A stretch of 64,000 nucleotides of DNA from Chloroflexota bacterium (GCA_016213135.1 JACRBQ010000028.1:71284-135283); one strand, 5' to 3'; positions 1 to 9,577 are shown, counted from the stretch's first letter. The notes: generated by a model from the sequence alone, not told the origin. Made by a program: numbers and translations.

Positions 1-706
1 TAAGCGCCAGAGCAATCGGAAACAACCATCCGCCCCTCGGTTGGCCGCGGAGAGTTTCCAACCCTTCGGCGGCCTCGGAGGCGAATTGGTGAGCCAGCGT
101 CTCGGAGAGATAGTCGCGATGGAGAACGACGCGCACGATGCGGTTGACGAGTCTGGCCCCCCACACCAGCGCGCGCTCCAGTTCGGCGGCGGAGCGCATG
201 CCCAGCAATACGATGGAGATGAGGACAAGGGCCACGCCAAAGAGAATGCCGGAGGCCACCAGCTCGCTGGCGTGCAGGTCGTTGCGCCGGAACAGAGCCA
301 GCAAGCCCAGGGTGAGCACGATGCTGAACGCAATGTGGTCGAATACGATGTATAGCACGCCGGCCAGCGTCACCCGCGCCGTCGAGACGCCGCGCTTGCG
401 CGCATCGTCCAGAAAGACGGCCAGACCGCTGATGCCGGCGCTGGGCGCGACGACGTTGAGGAAGGTGCTGGCCAGGACCAGCGGCAGCAGGGTGCGATAC
501 GGCTGATCCAGCCCTACCACGCGGTAGGCGGCGCGGTATTGGGCCGTTTGATTGACGAGCCAGGCCCCTTGCACCACCAGAGCCAACACAATCCACACCG
601 GTTGGCCGCGTTGGGCCACGGCAACGAATTGCGAAAAATGACCGAATTGGCTGAAAAAAAAGCTGACGGCGAGGAGAAGGACAACCGCAAAGGCGAGTCG
701 GCGCAT
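1..706 (-). CDS. Polytopic membrane protein, UPF0104 / lysyl-phosphatidylglycerol-synthase-TM-like (flippase-like) family; 3' end runs off the window
   Basis: Absent from the ORF track because it has no stop inside the window. Manual minus-strand translation from the ATG (complement of 704-706) gives MRRLAFAVVLLLAVSFFFSQFGHFSQFVAVAQRGQPVWIVLALVVQGAWLVNQ...LNVVAPSAGISGLAVFLDDARKRG...; several hydrophobic spans. Plus-strand ORFs 41..355, 138..506 and 539..832 are antisense shadows. Confidence 0.55.
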   Translation of the reverse strand, partial: MRRLAFAVVLLLAVSFFFSQFGHFSQFVAVAQRGQPVWIVLALVVQGAWLVNQTAQYRAAYRVVGLDQPYRTLLPLVLASTFLNVVAPSAGISGLAVFLDDARKRGVSTARVTLAGVLYIVFDHIAFSIVLTLGLLALFRRNDLHASELVASGILFGVALVLISIVLLGMRSAAELERALVWGARLVNRIVRVVLHRDYLSETLAHQFASEAAEGLETLRGQPRGGWLFPIALAL

Positions 707-836
707 GGGCGCGATGACTATAGCATGATTTGCGGAAAGGGTGGAGCAGGGGTCGGCGAATCAAGAGCGCCCGACGCAAGTTTGCGGCTGGGGCCGCGCG
801 TCGGGCGCTCCGGTGTGGTGGCCCGGGCCTGACCGG

Positions 837-1979
837 TCAGGCTTGCGGTCGCTCGGCCAGCGTCACGGTGATCTTCAACGTCTGGCCGTTGCGATAAACG
901 TCCAGTTCAACTTGCTGGCCGGGGTTGTACTTGAGCAGCGTATTGATGAACGGGTGTGCGTCGTCGAGCGTCACGCCGTCTATTGCCGTGATAATGTCGT
1001 CTGTCTGCACGCCCGATTTCGCCGCCGGGCCGTCGCCCGCCACCTTGGTGACGTAGATGCCCCACTTCGCGCCAAGGTTGTACTGCGCGGCAATGTCCGG
1101 GGTCACCGCCTGCCACTGCACGCCCAAGTACGGGCGGGACACGAAGCCCTGCTTGATCAACTGCTGGCCGATCGCGTTCACGGTATTGGCCCCCACCGCA
1201 AAGCCGAGGCCCTCGGCCTGATCGCCCATTACGGCGTTGCCGCGAATGACCAGCGTGTTCAGCCCGATGACCTGCCCGGCGAGGTTCACCAGCGGCCCGC
1301 CGGAGTTGCCGTGGTTGATGGCCGCGTCAGTCTGGATCATATCCTCCATCACGTAGCCGGACTGCGTTTCAATGCTGCGGCCGGTGGCGCTCACCACGCC
1401 CACCGTCACCGTGTTCTTAAAGTCGCCCAGCGGCGAGCCAATGGCAATCACGGTTTCGCCGGGCTTGAGCACATCCGAGTTGCCCAACTCGGCCGTGGCC
1501 GGCACCTGCTTGCTTACTTTGATCACGGCCACATCGGAGAAGGGGTCGCGGCCCGTCAATGCGGCGTCGACGCTCGCGCCGTTTTGAAACACCACCGAAA
1601 GACTTTGCTGGCGATCCACCACGTGATTGTTGGTGAGAATGTAGCCGTCGGTGGAAATGATGACACCCGAACCGGAGGCTTGTGTCCCGTCGCTCAGGGT
1701 GTTGATGACGGTCACTACTGCCGGGCCTACCCGGGCCACGGCATCGGTAATCGCCGATTGAACGTCCACGGTGCGCAATCCGGCGCTCGGCGCAGCCGGG
1801 GTTGGCAGCGCAATCGTGGCCGGCTGCGGCGTGGGGGTGGCCTGCGCCGCCGAGGCGGCTTCCGTTTTGTTTTGGCGCAGGGCCACGAAAACTGCCACGC
1901 CGCCCGCCGCGGCGCCGCCGAAGGCGGCCAGGCCCATGGCCCCGATGAGTGAAATGGCAATGACAAGTCGTCTAAACAT
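837..1979 (-). CDS. HtrA/DegP-family (S1C) serine protease with N-terminal membrane anchor and C-terminal PDZ domain
   Basis: Track ORF 837..2255 trimmed to the internal ATG at 1979 (MFRRLVIAISLIGAMGLAAFGG...), just below the stop of the upstream gene at 2000. Trypsin-fold motifs TNNHVV and GNSGGPL; PDZ-like C-terminus. Confidence 0.9.
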   Translation of the reverse strand: MFRRLVIAISLIGAMGLAAFGGAAAGGVAVFVALRQNKTEAASAAQATPTPQPATIALPTPAAPSAGLRTVDVQSAITDAVARVGPAVVTVINTLSDGTQASGSGVIISTDGYILTNNHVVDRQQSLSVVFQNGASVDAALTGRDPFSDVAVIKVSKQVPATAELGNSDVLKPGETVIAIGSPLGDFKNTVTVGVVSATGRSIETQSGYVMEDMIQTDAAINHGNSGGPLVNLAGQVIGLNTLVIRGNAVMGDQAEGLGFAVGANTVNAIGQQLIKQGFVSRPYLGVQWQAVTPDIAAQYNLGAKWGIYVTKVAGDGPAAKSGVQTDDIITAIDGVTLDDAHPFINTLLKYNPGQQVELDVYRNGQTLKITVTLAERPQA

Positions 1980-1999
1980 AGTCAAGCTCAAATGTCCCG

Positions 2000-2698
2000 T
2001 TATCGCCGTCGGCGGCCAATACCGCCGATCAGAAAAACGTAGTACAGCAATTGCGCTAGCGCCGCCGCCAGCCCGGCCACGTAAGTCATGGCCGCGGCAT
2101 CCAGCACCGATTTCACGCCGCGCCGTTCGTCGGGGTCGGTGAGCAGGCCGGCGTCGGTCAGCAGCGTCATGGCGCGGGCGCTGGCGTTGAACTCCACGGG
2201 CAAAGTCGCCAGGGCGAACAACGCGCCCCCGGCGAACACAAACACGCCGAGCCACGCCAGTTGCGTGATCTGCAAAATCAAACCGATGAGGATGAGTATC
2301 CAGCCGAGGTTGGAGCCGATGTTGACAGCCGGCACAATGGCCGAGCGGAAACGCAACGGCGCGTAGCCGTCACGGTCTTGCAGGGCGTGGCCGATTTCGT
2401 GCGCGGTGATGGCGAGCGCCGCCACCGACGTGCCAAAGCCCACCCCTTGCGAAAGCCGCAGCACATTGCGCTGAGGGTCGTAGTGGTCAGTCAGTTGCCC
2501 GGCCACACTTTCGAGCTGCACACCGGCCAGCCCGGCGTATTGCAGCAGGCGCTGCGCCACGTCGGCCCCGCGCAGGCGCAGGCTGTTGGGCACGTTGCCC
2601 CACTTTTTGTACGCGCCATCCACCCGCATCTTGGCAATCCACACCAGCAGCAGGGCCGGGACCATAAAAATCAAGTACGTTGGATCGAAGAAAAACAT
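2000..2698 (-). CDS. Membrane zinc metallopeptidase (YugP-like, Zn_peptidase_2 family)
   Basis: 232 aa; N-terminal TM segment (MFFFDPTYLIFMVPALLLVWIA), HExxH motif (AHEIGHALQ), C-terminal TM helices. Confidence 0.8.
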   Translation of the reverse strand: MFFFDPTYLIFMVPALLLVWIAKMRVDGAYKKWGNVPNSLRLRGADVAQRLLQYAGLAGVQLESVAGQLTDHYDPQRNVLRLSQGVGFGTSVAALAITAHEIGHALQDRDGYAPLRFRSAIVPAVNIGSNLGWILILIGLILQITQLAWLGVFVFAGGALFALATLPVEFNASARAMTLLTDAGLLTDPDERRGVKSVLDAAAMTYVAGLAAALAQLLYYVFLIGGIGRRRR

Positions 2699-2707
2699 TG
2701 TTAGCTC

Positions 2708-4018
2708 CTATTCGGCCCGAACCGCCAAGCCAATAAGCCACTGGATCGCCAGCCCGCCGGGGCCGCCACTGAGCGTTTGCACGGCGGCATCCAACTGCGG
2801 GTCGCGCCCGGCGTCGCGGTCGGCTTTGGTGAGCTTCACCACCGTGTCGGGCGTGATGCCCACGTTGTGGATGGAGCGGCCATTGGGGGTGAGCCAGCGG
2901 GCAATGGTGATGCGCACCGTGCCCTGATCGTTTGCAAGCGGCTGCCACGTTTGCACCGTGCCCTTGCCATACGATTGCTCGCCTATGATCGTGCCGCGAT
3001 GATAATCCTGAATGGTCCCGGCCACAATCTCGGAGGCGCTGGCGCTGCCTATGTCGATGAGCACCACCAGTGGCACTTGGGTCGCCAACCCGCCCGGCTG
3101 CGCGGTAAAGGTCTCCTCGCGCCCGTCGCCGTAGCGCTGGATGAGCACCGTGCCATTGTCGATGAACTGGCTCAACACCTCCACCGCGGTGTCGCGGAAG
3201 CCGCCGGGGTTGCCGCGCAGATCGAGCACCAGGCCTTTGACGTTTTGCGACATGAGCGCCTGCAACTGCGTCTTCAGTTCGGCGGTGGTCTTCTCGCCGA
3301 AGGAATTGATTTTCACGTAGCCGATCTGCCCGTCGAGCATTTTGCCTTCCACCGACGGGATAGTGATCCTGGCGCGCACGATGTCGAACTCCAGCGGCTC
3401 CGCCTCGCCTTCACGCACAATCGTAAGGTGCACCGTGGTGCCGGCCTTGCCGCGCACTTTGCTGATGACAGTGAAGCCGTCCTGTCCGGCGACGTCTTCG
3501 TTGTCCACTTCTATAATGATGTCGCCGGCGAGTATGCCGGCCTTGAGCGCGGGTGAGCCGGGCAGGGGGCTGATGACTTTCAGAAAGTCGCCGCTGGTGT
3601 CCACTTCCGCGCCAATGCCCTCCAGTTCGCCCGAGCTGTCGCTGAGCAGGATGGCCGACTCGGCCGGGGTGCTATAACCGGTGTGTTTGTCGCCCAGGGC
3701 TTGCAGCATGCCTTTGATGGCCCCATAGGCCAGCGCCTGATCGTCCACCGGTTGGTCGACAAAATCTTCGTGAACCAGCGCCCACGCCTCCCAAAACGGG
3801 GCGAACTTCTGCGCGAGGTCGGCGGGAGTGCCGCCCTGGTTGGGCTGGGTTGCCGTGGAGGGGCCGCCATCCAAAAAGGAGACTCCGGCCAGCGGACCGG
3901 CTCCGAACGCGGTGACGTGGCCCGCCATGAATCCTGCGGCGAATACGCCGACTGCAAAAGCAATCGCCAAACCGCCCAATAGCGCCATGCGCACAAATCT
4001 GCTCATATCGGTCTCCAA
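2708..4018 (-). CDS. S41-family carboxy-terminal processing peptidase (Ctp/Prc-like) with PDZ domain
   Basis: 436 aa; signal/anchor segment, PDZ-like block (ISPLPGSPALKAGILAGDIIIEVD), S41 motifs DLRGNPGG and GSASASEI. Confidence 0.9.
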   Translation of the reverse strand: METDMSRFVRMALLGGLAIAFAVGVFAAGFMAGHVTAFGAGPLAGVSFLDGGPSTATQPNQGGTPADLAQKFAPFWEAWALVHEDFVDQPVDDQALAYGAIKGMLQALGDKHTGYSTPAESAILLSDSSGELEGIGAEVDTSGDFLKVISPLPGSPALKAGILAGDIIIEVDNEDVAGQDGFTVISKVRGKAGTTVHLTIVREGEAEPLEFDIVRARITIPSVEGKMLDGQIGYVKINSFGEKTTAELKTQLQALMSQNVKGLVLDLRGNPGGFRDTAVEVLSQFIDNGTVLIQRYGDGREETFTAQPGGLATQVPLVVLIDIGSASASEIVAGTIQDYHRGTIIGEQSYGKGTVQTWQPLANDQGTVRITIARWLTPNGRSIHNVGITPDTVVKLTKADRDAGRDPQLDAAVQTLSGGPGGLAIQWLIGLAVRAE

Positions 4019-4091
4019 GGGTTATTGACGTGGCAGATCATAGCCCACAAATATGAATTGTGGATAAGCGGCCGGTAAGTGGCCGGCCAAC

Positions 4092-4117
4092 AAAAAAACA
4101 CCCACCCGGCTGGGTGC
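4092..4117 (-). terminator. Rho-independent terminator downstream of the cupredoxin gene
   Basis: CACCCA (4099-4104) pairs with TGGGTG (4111-4116). On the minus strand a run of 7 T (complement of 4092-4098) follows, 27 nt after the stop at 4144. Confidence 0.55.
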
Positions 4118-4143
4118 CTTTCTGTTTGGGCCGAGCCGTGAGT

Positions 4144-4515
4144 CTACGGCGTCACGGTGAGCGTGCCAACCATGCCCGCCTGTTTGTGGCCGGGCACGGC
4201 GCAATAAAACTCGTACGTGCCGGCGGAACCGGGGGTGAACGAGAAGGTGATCGTATGCCCCGCCGCTGCCTTTTGCTCTCCCAAAACTCCGTCGATGATG
4301 AACGAGTGATCGAGCGTGCCGTCGTTGACGAACGTGACGTTCAGCGTTTGGCCCGCTTGGGCGGTGATGGCATTGGCGTCGTAGGCGATGTCTTTGGCGT
4401 GGAGGGTGATGGCCAGGGCCGGTTGAGCGGAACTGCCCCCGCCACTGCCGCCGCAGGCGGCCAACGTCATCATGATCAGTGTCGTCGCGAGAAAAAACGT
4501 TCTTTTGGATATCAT
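4144..4515 (-). CDS. Cupredoxin (plastocyanin/azurin-like blue copper) lipoprotein
   Basis: 123 aa; lipobox LAAC followed by GGSGGGS. Type-1 Cu ligand pattern: His in LDHSF, then C-x-x-P-G-H-x-x-x-G-M in YEFYCAVPGHKQAGMVGTLTV. Confidence 0.85.
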   Translation of the reverse strand: MISKRTFFLATTLIMMTLAACGGSGGGSSAQPALAITLHAKDIAYDANAITAQAGQTLNVTFVNDGTLDHSFIIDGVLGEQKAAAGHTITFSFTPGSAGTYEFYCAVPGHKQAGMVGTLTVTP

Positions 4516-4553
4516 TGAAATGTCTCCTTGCCGGACTCATGTCGCTCTGAAAA

Positions 4554-5522
4554 CTAAATCCAACCTTGCCTGCGGAACAGCCGCCACATGGCCAGCGGAA
4601 TGACGATGGTCAGCGCCAACATGCCTATGAACAGGTAAGGACTCTGGAAGGGGAGTGTCTCGAAATTCATGCCAAAAAAGCCGGTGAGGAAAGTGAGCGG
4701 CATGAACAGGGCGGTGAAGACCGTGAGCACTTTCATAATCTCGTTGATGCGATTCGACGACACCGACAGATAAGTGTCGAGCGCGCCGCTGGTCAGATCG
4801 CGTAAGGTGTCGTTGATGTCGGCCAGGCGCACCAGATGATCGTACACGTCGCGGAAGTACACTCGCTCGTCGGGGTCTACCACGGCGTAGGTGTCGCGCG
4901 CCAACCGGTTCATCACCTCGCGCTGGGGGATGATGATGCGCCGCAGGTGCAGGACGGCGCGCTTGATGGCGAATATCTTGGTCAGCACTGCCTGATTACC
5001 GGCGGCGAAGATTTGATCCTCCAATTCGTCAATGGCGTCGTCAAGTTGATCGACGACAGGCATGAAATCGGATACGAGCGTATCGACGATGTTGTACAGC
5101 AGATAATCGGCGCCGCGCGCGAGGTAACGCTCACTGCGCTGAGAGGCCGCCCAGACTTTGTCCGCCGACATCACCGGGTTTTTGTGGTGGGTGATCAAAA
5201 AATTCTTTCCCAAAAACACGTCGATCTCGTTGGTGTCCAGCTCGTTCGTCGCCGGGTTGTAAGAAACCCCATGCACCACCGCATACACGTATTCGCCCCA
5301 GTCGTCGATCTTCGGGACGTGGGCTTCCTGCAGCGCATCGTCTATCGCCAGTGGATGAAAATGAAAAAGGTCGGCAAGCAGTTGTTCAACCCGTCCGCCC
5401 GGCTCCCCGGCCAGGTCGGCCCAGAAAAGGCCGCCGGAATCGAGCAAGGCGACTTTCCATTTTGATTCCGGCACATCGGTGGTGATGCCACCTTTGCTGC
5501 TGCGGTAGATGGTCCGGATCAT
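4554..5522 (-). CDS. corA: CorA-family magnesium/cobalt transporter
   Basis: 322 aa; two C-terminal TM helices with the signature GMNFE (FFGMNFETLPF). Confidence 0.9.
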   Translation of the reverse strand: MIRTIYRSSKGGITTDVPESKWKVALLDSGGLFWADLAGEPGGRVEQLLADLFHFHPLAIDDALQEAHVPKIDDWGEYVYAVVHGVSYNPATNELDTNEIDVFLGKNFLITHHKNPVMSADKVWAASQRSERYLARGADYLLYNIVDTLVSDFMPVVDQLDDAIDELEDQIFAAGNQAVLTKIFAIKRAVLHLRRIIIPQREVMNRLARDTYAVVDPDERVYFRDVYDHLVRLADINDTLRDLTSGALDTYLSVSSNRINEIMKVLTVFTALFMPLTFLTGFFGMNFETLPFQSPYLFIGMLALTIVIPLAMWRLFRRQGWI

Positions 5523-6295
5523 AATTCCCTCCGATATTCTTCAAACTGCTCGCTGTTGCAGGCGTCGATATAACGCAAAATCTCGCCGCCGCTGAAGGGG
5601 TAGAGAGGGTGACACGAGGTGGGCCAGGCGCCCTTGGGGGCGTGAGCCACTGCCGTTACGGCCGGGCCGGGGATGTCGGCTTTGTCCAGCTTATCCACAA
5701 TCTCCTCGGCTGTGATGACGGTTTTGCGCGCCGACATGGCGAGTTCCACGTCCACGGCCGGGTTGCCGCCGATGACGGCGTTGCCACTGACATCGGCTCT
5801 GAGGGCGTGGATGACGGCCACGTCGCACTGAATGGCCGGGTAGGCCACCAGCGTTTCGCCGTTGTAGGGATCGGTAATAGTTTTCACATCGGGGCGCAGC
5901 GAGAGCATGTCGGTGCCCAGCCAGCCGCGCCCGGCCATGAAGCCCACGCCGGCCAGTGCGGCGCGCAGCCCAAATGCCAGGCTGGCTTCGGTCTCTTCGA
6001 CGATTTCAACATCGCCCAGGTTGGCCGTCTGGGTGAACATGGGGGCCAGCCCAAAGGCTTCGAGGCCGAAGTAGCACGAGCGCAGGCGCTTCACCAGCCC
6101 CGCGCCCACCAGCAAATCGGATTCGTATCCGGCGGTGAAGGCTAATAAGGTGAGGGAGTGTGGGGGTGTGGGCGCGCGGAGAAGTTCGCGCACAAAGGCC
6201 ACCGGGCGGCGGTAGAGGGTCATGCCGCCGAGGGCCAGTGTGTCGGTGGGGCTGAGGAGCGAAGGGGTTTCAGAGAGGGGGATGAGTTTGGGCAT
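5519..6295 (-). CDS. CoA-transferase subunit A-like protein (glutaconate/3-oxoacid CoA-transferase alpha family)
   Basis: 258 aa; family-typical N-terminus (...LALGGMTLYRRPVAFVRELL...FTAGYESDLLVGAG...). 4-nt ATGA-type overlap with corA. No subunit B gene is adjacent. Confidence 0.6.
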   Translation of the reverse strand: MPKLIPLSETPSLLSPTDTLALGGMTLYRRPVAFVRELLRAPTPPHSLTLLAFTAGYESDLLVGAGLVKRLRSCYFGLEAFGLAPMFTQTANLGDVEIVEETEASLAFGLRAALAGVGFMAGRGWLGTDMLSLRPDVKTITDPYNGETLVAYPAIQCDVAVIHALRADVSGNAVIGGNPAVDVELAMSARKTVITAEEIVDKLDKADIPGPAVTAVAHAPKGAWPTSCHPLYPFSGGEILRYIDACNSEQFEEYRREL

Positions 6296-7193
6296 AGGTG
6301 AGTCTTTCAGCCAGTGTCTCCAGTTCAGCGCGGCGTTCGAGGCGGACGATCCAGTCGGCGGGGATGGCGGCGCGGCCGAGGCGCGCGCCCATGATGCCGC
6401 CGGCGATGGAGGCTACCGAGTCGGAGTCGCCGGTGATGTTGGCTCCGAGTCTCACGGCGGCCACGTAGTCGTCGGGGTGTTTCAGGCAACAGTAGATCGC
6501 CAGGGCCACAGCCTCTTCGCCCACCCAGCCCTCGCCAATGTGCCGCAGGGCGGCGTCGGTGTCGGCCCAACCCAGCGTGTGGTTGAGCCGCAAAATGGCG
6601 GCGTCGAATTCGTCCGAGAGGCCGTCGCAGAATTCTAGCACGCCGCGCGAAAACTGTTTGGGGTGCGCGCCGTCGAGGGCCAGTTTGACGAGGTAGGCAG
6701 CGGCGATGCAGGCAGCGTCGGCGGCGGGGTGGGCGTGGGTGGCGCGGCCTGTGGCCTGAGCCACGGCGCGCAGCCGCTCCGGGCTGTGTTGGTAAAGGTA
6801 GCCAATGGGGGCGACGCGCATCGCCGAGCCGCAGCCTTTGGATCCTTTCACGCCAGACTCGCGCCAATGGACTCCGCGTTCCAGTGCGGCCACGGCCCGC
6901 AGGCAAGTGGCCCCGGGCGAACGGCCGGGGGTATCGGGATGATGCGCCCAGGCGATGAATTGGGCGACCACGGCTTCCATCAGTTGATCAGTGTCGTCAT
7001 TTTCCACACAGACGAGCGCTTGCGCCAGGGCCAATGTCATCTGCGTGTCGTCCGTGAACAGCGCGGGGTCGGGCGGTTCGGCGATGCCGCGCGGGCCGTA
7101 GCGGGCGCGGATGGAGTCGAGCGTCATGAACTCGACGGGCCGGCCCAGCGCATCGCCGAGGGCCAGGCCATAGAGGACGGGAAGGAACGACAT
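6270..7193 (-). CDS. ADP-ribosylglycohydrolase family protein
   Basis: 307 aa; N-terminal GLALGDALGRPVEF and C-terminal GDSDSVASIAGGIMGA motifs typical of the DraG/ARH family. Confidence 0.85.
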   Translation of the reverse strand: MSFLPVLYGLALGDALGRPVEFMTLDSIRARYGPRGIAEPPDPALFTDDTQMTLALAQALVCVENDDTDQLMEAVVAQFIAWAHHPDTPGRSPGATCLRAVAALERGVHWRESGVKGSKGCGSAMRVAPIGYLYQHSPERLRAVAQATGRATHAHPAADAACIAAAYLVKLALDGAHPKQFSRGVLEFCDGLSDEFDAAILRLNHTLGWADTDAALRHIGEGWVGEEAVALAIYCCLKHPDDYVAAVRLGANITGDSDSVASIAGGIMGARLGRAAIPADWIVRLERRAELETLAERLTYAQTHPPL

Positions 7194-7196
7194 GCG

Positions 7197-7625
7197 CTAT
7201 TTGCGGTTGACCATGACTAGTCCGCCGATGCACAGGAGGATGCCGATGGCGTTGACCGGCGACACTTTTTCTTTGAACAGCAGCAGCCCCACCGGCAACA
7301 GCAACAATCCCACGGTGGTGTTGGAAACAATGCCGGCCAGACTGATGTTCCAGCCGGCGCGGTACGCCAGCAGGAACCCCAACTCGAGTCCGATGATGGC
7401 AATGCCGAGCGCGAAGCTTGTCCAGTTGAGCTGGCGCAGGGAATGGGCCAGCCCGCCCTCGGGCCGGTACACGGCCAGCAAGCCCATCGAGCCCAGCGCG
7501 GCAGTGAGGTAGGTGGCAGTGAGGGCCAGCGCCGGGTTCGCGTTGCCGGGCGTGAGCTTTTGCACGATGTGATAGACGGTGTTGGCAACGACGGTGAGGA
7601 TGATGGAGAAATAGAAGAGGAACAT
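7197..7625 (-). CDS. Small EamA/DMT-superfamily membrane protein
   Basis: Track ORF 7197..7709 trimmed to the internal ATG at 7625 (MFLFYFSIILTVVANTVYHIV...). About 142 aa and 4-5 hydrophobic helices. The longer N-terminus would read through the repeat region. Confidence 0.6.
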   Translation of the reverse strand: MFLFYFSIILTVVANTVYHIVQKLTPGNANPALALTATYLTAALGSMGLLAVYRPEGGLAHSLRQLNWTSFALGIAIIGLELGFLLAYRAGWNISLAGIVSNTTVGLLLLPVGLLLFKEKVSPVNAIGILLCIGGLVMVNRK

Positions 7626-7719
7626 GGGGGGATTGGGGTATGGGGGTAGGGGAGTATGGGGGTTTCGCTGCCGGCGTGAAGCGTGAGGCGTGAATGGGTC
7701 GCGCCTCACGCTTCACATT
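7626..7719. repeat. Heptamer-periodic intergenic element: G-run heptamers followed by a perfect 15-bp hairpin
   Basis: ggggatt ggggtat gggggta ggggagt atggggg (7626-7660). Then GTGAAGCGTGAGGCG (7676-7690) and CGCCTCACGCTTCAC (7702-7716) with an 11-nt loop. Confidence 0.85.
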
Positions 7720-8370
7720 TCACTCTTCCGCTATCAGTCGCTTAATCACGTCGCCCGTTTCCAAAATCGTCGCCACCTGAAAATCCACGGCCGGGTCGAG
7801 GCTTGGGCCGTCGCCCACCAGCACCGTGGTCATGCCCAGCGCCTGCGCGGGGCGCAGGTTGCGCACGCTGTCCTCTATAAGCACGCACGAGGCGGCGGGG
7901 GCGGCGACGCGCTGCAACAGGATTTCGTAAGCCCGGGGCAGGGGCTTGTTTTCGAATTCCATAGCCCGGATGTCGATGATGGCGCTGAAATGGCGGGCGA
8001 TGCCGAGCATGCCCAGCACCCGGCTCGTGTGGCCGGTGTCGGAGTTGGTGAAGATGGCTTTGGGGCAGGGCAGGGTGGCAAGCATCGAGTCGAGGGCCGG
8101 ATCGGGCGCGATGTAGCGCGTGAGGTCAAGGTCGTGCACGTAGGCAAGGTAGTCGTCGGCATCCACGCCGGGGTAGTGGCGCATGAGGCCCCGCAGGGTG
8201 GTGCCATAGTCGTGGAAGTATTGCCCGCGCAGAGCTTCCACCTGCGCCGGGTCGAGGCCAATTCGCTCGGTCATAAAACGGATGATGCGCTGGCCGATTG
8301 CTTCCCACAGGCCGTTGTTGCCGGGGTATAGTGTGTCGTCGAGATCGAAGATAAGCTGTCGGATGGCCAC
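7720..8370 (-). CDS. HAD-superfamily hydrolase, pyrimidine 5'-nucleotidase-like (subfamily IA)
   Basis: Track ORF 7720..8643 trimmed to GTG at 8370 (VAIRQLIFDLDDTLY...), so the DxDxT nucleophile motif sits at the usual N-terminal position. Later motifs FTNS and IEDSVRN. Confidence 0.75.
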   Translation of the reverse strand: MAIRQLIFDLDDTLYPGNNGLWEAIGQRIIRFMTERIGLDPAQVEALRGQYFHDYGTTLRGLMRHYPGVDADDYLAYVHDLDLTRYIAPDPALDSMLATLPCPKAIFTNSDTGHTSRVLGMLGIARHFSAIIDIRAMEFENKPLPRAYEILLQRVAAPAASCVLIEDSVRNLRPAQALGMTTVLVGDGPSLDPAVDFQVATILETGDVIKRLIAEE

Positions 8371-8457
8371 AGGGCGATGATTATAAGGCAAAACAGGCAA
8401 TCCATAGACTCTTTCCCAAGCGAGTGGTATGTTATACGACCAAAGGGAAGGACTCGT

Positions 8458-9564
8458 ATGCAACCGAAAGCACAGCGCGGCTATTTCCTGTTGGCCGATA
8501 TCTCCGGCTATTCCACTTACGTGGCGCAAACAGAATTGGAGCATGCGCAGGAAGTGCTGACCGAGTTGCTGGAGTTGCTCGTCGGGCGCCTCACGAGCAA
8601 GCTCATTCTTTCCAAGCTCGAAGGCGATGCCGTATTTGTTCATTTACCCGAAGAGCAGCTTGCGCGCGGCGACACGCTGCTGGATTTGATCGATGCCACT
8701 TACGGGGCGTTCCGCGACCGGGTGGAAGGTATTCGCCGCCGCACCACGTGCGAGTGCCGCGCCTGTCAGGCCATTCCCCTGCTCGATCTGAAATTCATCG
8801 TGCATCATGGCGACTACATCACCCAGAACGTTTCGGGCATTCGCGAGTTGCTGGGCACGGATGTCAACCTCGTCCACCGGCTGCTGAAGAATCATGTCGC
8901 CGAGGCTACCGGCTGGCGCAGCTACGCGCTGTTCAGCCGACAGTCGCTCACCCGACTGGGCTTGACCCTTGCCAATCTGCACGAGGCTACGGAGACGTAT
9001 GATCTCGGCGCCGTGGACACTTTGGCCCTGGACCTGCTGCCGCGCTACCGGGAAATGGTGGACGCCCGGCAGGTGGTGGTAGGCCCGGATGAGTGCGACG
9101 CACGGGTGACGCACGACTTCCGCGCCCCGCCAATGGCCGTGTGGGACTGGCTTAATTCGCCGGCGAAGCGTGTCCTGTGGGACGACCCTCGGCCGGCGCG
9201 TTCGGTAGCGGCCTTGCCACGGCCGGACGGGCGCATAGGCCCCGGGGCGCGCAACCACTGTGTCCACGGCAAACAGGAAGTGTGGGAAACCGTGCTCGAC
9301 TGGCGGCCGTTTGACTACTTCACACTTCTGGTGCATACCGGCACAGCCAAACTAACGCAAATGTGCGAACTGGCGTCCCTGCCCAATGGCGGCACGCGCC
9401 TGAACGTGTTGTACCACTTGCACTCGCCGTTGCCTCGCCTCGTGGTTAGGCCGATAGTGCGAATGGTGGTGCGGCAGAGGAAAATTGCTGAAAGCTTCGT
9501 CACCCTGGCGCGCATGATAGAGGGGACATTGGCCTCGGCACCCGAGGATGGGGATGCAAGGTAA
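8458..9564 (+). CDS. DUF2652-type (class III nucleotidyl-cyclase-like) domain fused to a C-terminal SRPBCC/START-like domain, paralog 1
   Basis: Start moved to ATG 8458, after AAGGGAAGGA. Cyclase-like motifs LLADISGYS, KLEGDAVFV, GTDVNLVHRL; Cys cluster TCECRACQ. C-terminal half (PPMAVWDWLNSPAKRVLW...) resembles SRPBCC. Confidence 0.75.
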   Translation: MQPKAQRGYFLLADISGYSTYVAQTELEHAQEVLTELLELLVGRLTSKLILSKLEGDAVFVHLPEEQLARGDTLLDLIDATYGAFRDRVEGIRRRTTCECRACQAIPLLDLKFIVHHGDYITQNVSGIRELLGTDVNLVHRLLKNHVAEATGWRSYALFSRQSLTRLGLTLANLHEATETYDLGAVDTLALDLLPRYREMVDARQVVVGPDECDARVTHDFRAPPMAVWDWLNSPAKRVLWDDPRPARSVAALPRPDGRIGPGARNHCVHGKQEVWETVLDWRPFDYFTLLVHTGTAKLTQMCELASLPNGGTRLNVLYHLHSPLPRLVVRPIVRMVVRQRKIAESFVTLARMIEGTLASAPEDGDAR

Positions 9565-9577
9565 ACTGCGGGGACAC

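Noticed and set aside
741-1952. 403-aa plus-strand ORF, and similar long antisense ORFs at 14438..15637, 15658..16878, 32630..33865, 34333..35568, 38809..39615, 49405..50316, 51035..51736, 55456..56316, 56313..57122, 57447..58217, 58402..59646 and 63155..64000
   Set aside because: Each lies opposite a gene with strong family motifs and has an Arg/Gly/His-rich, domain-less translation. They are expected artefacts of over 60% GC with high GC3.
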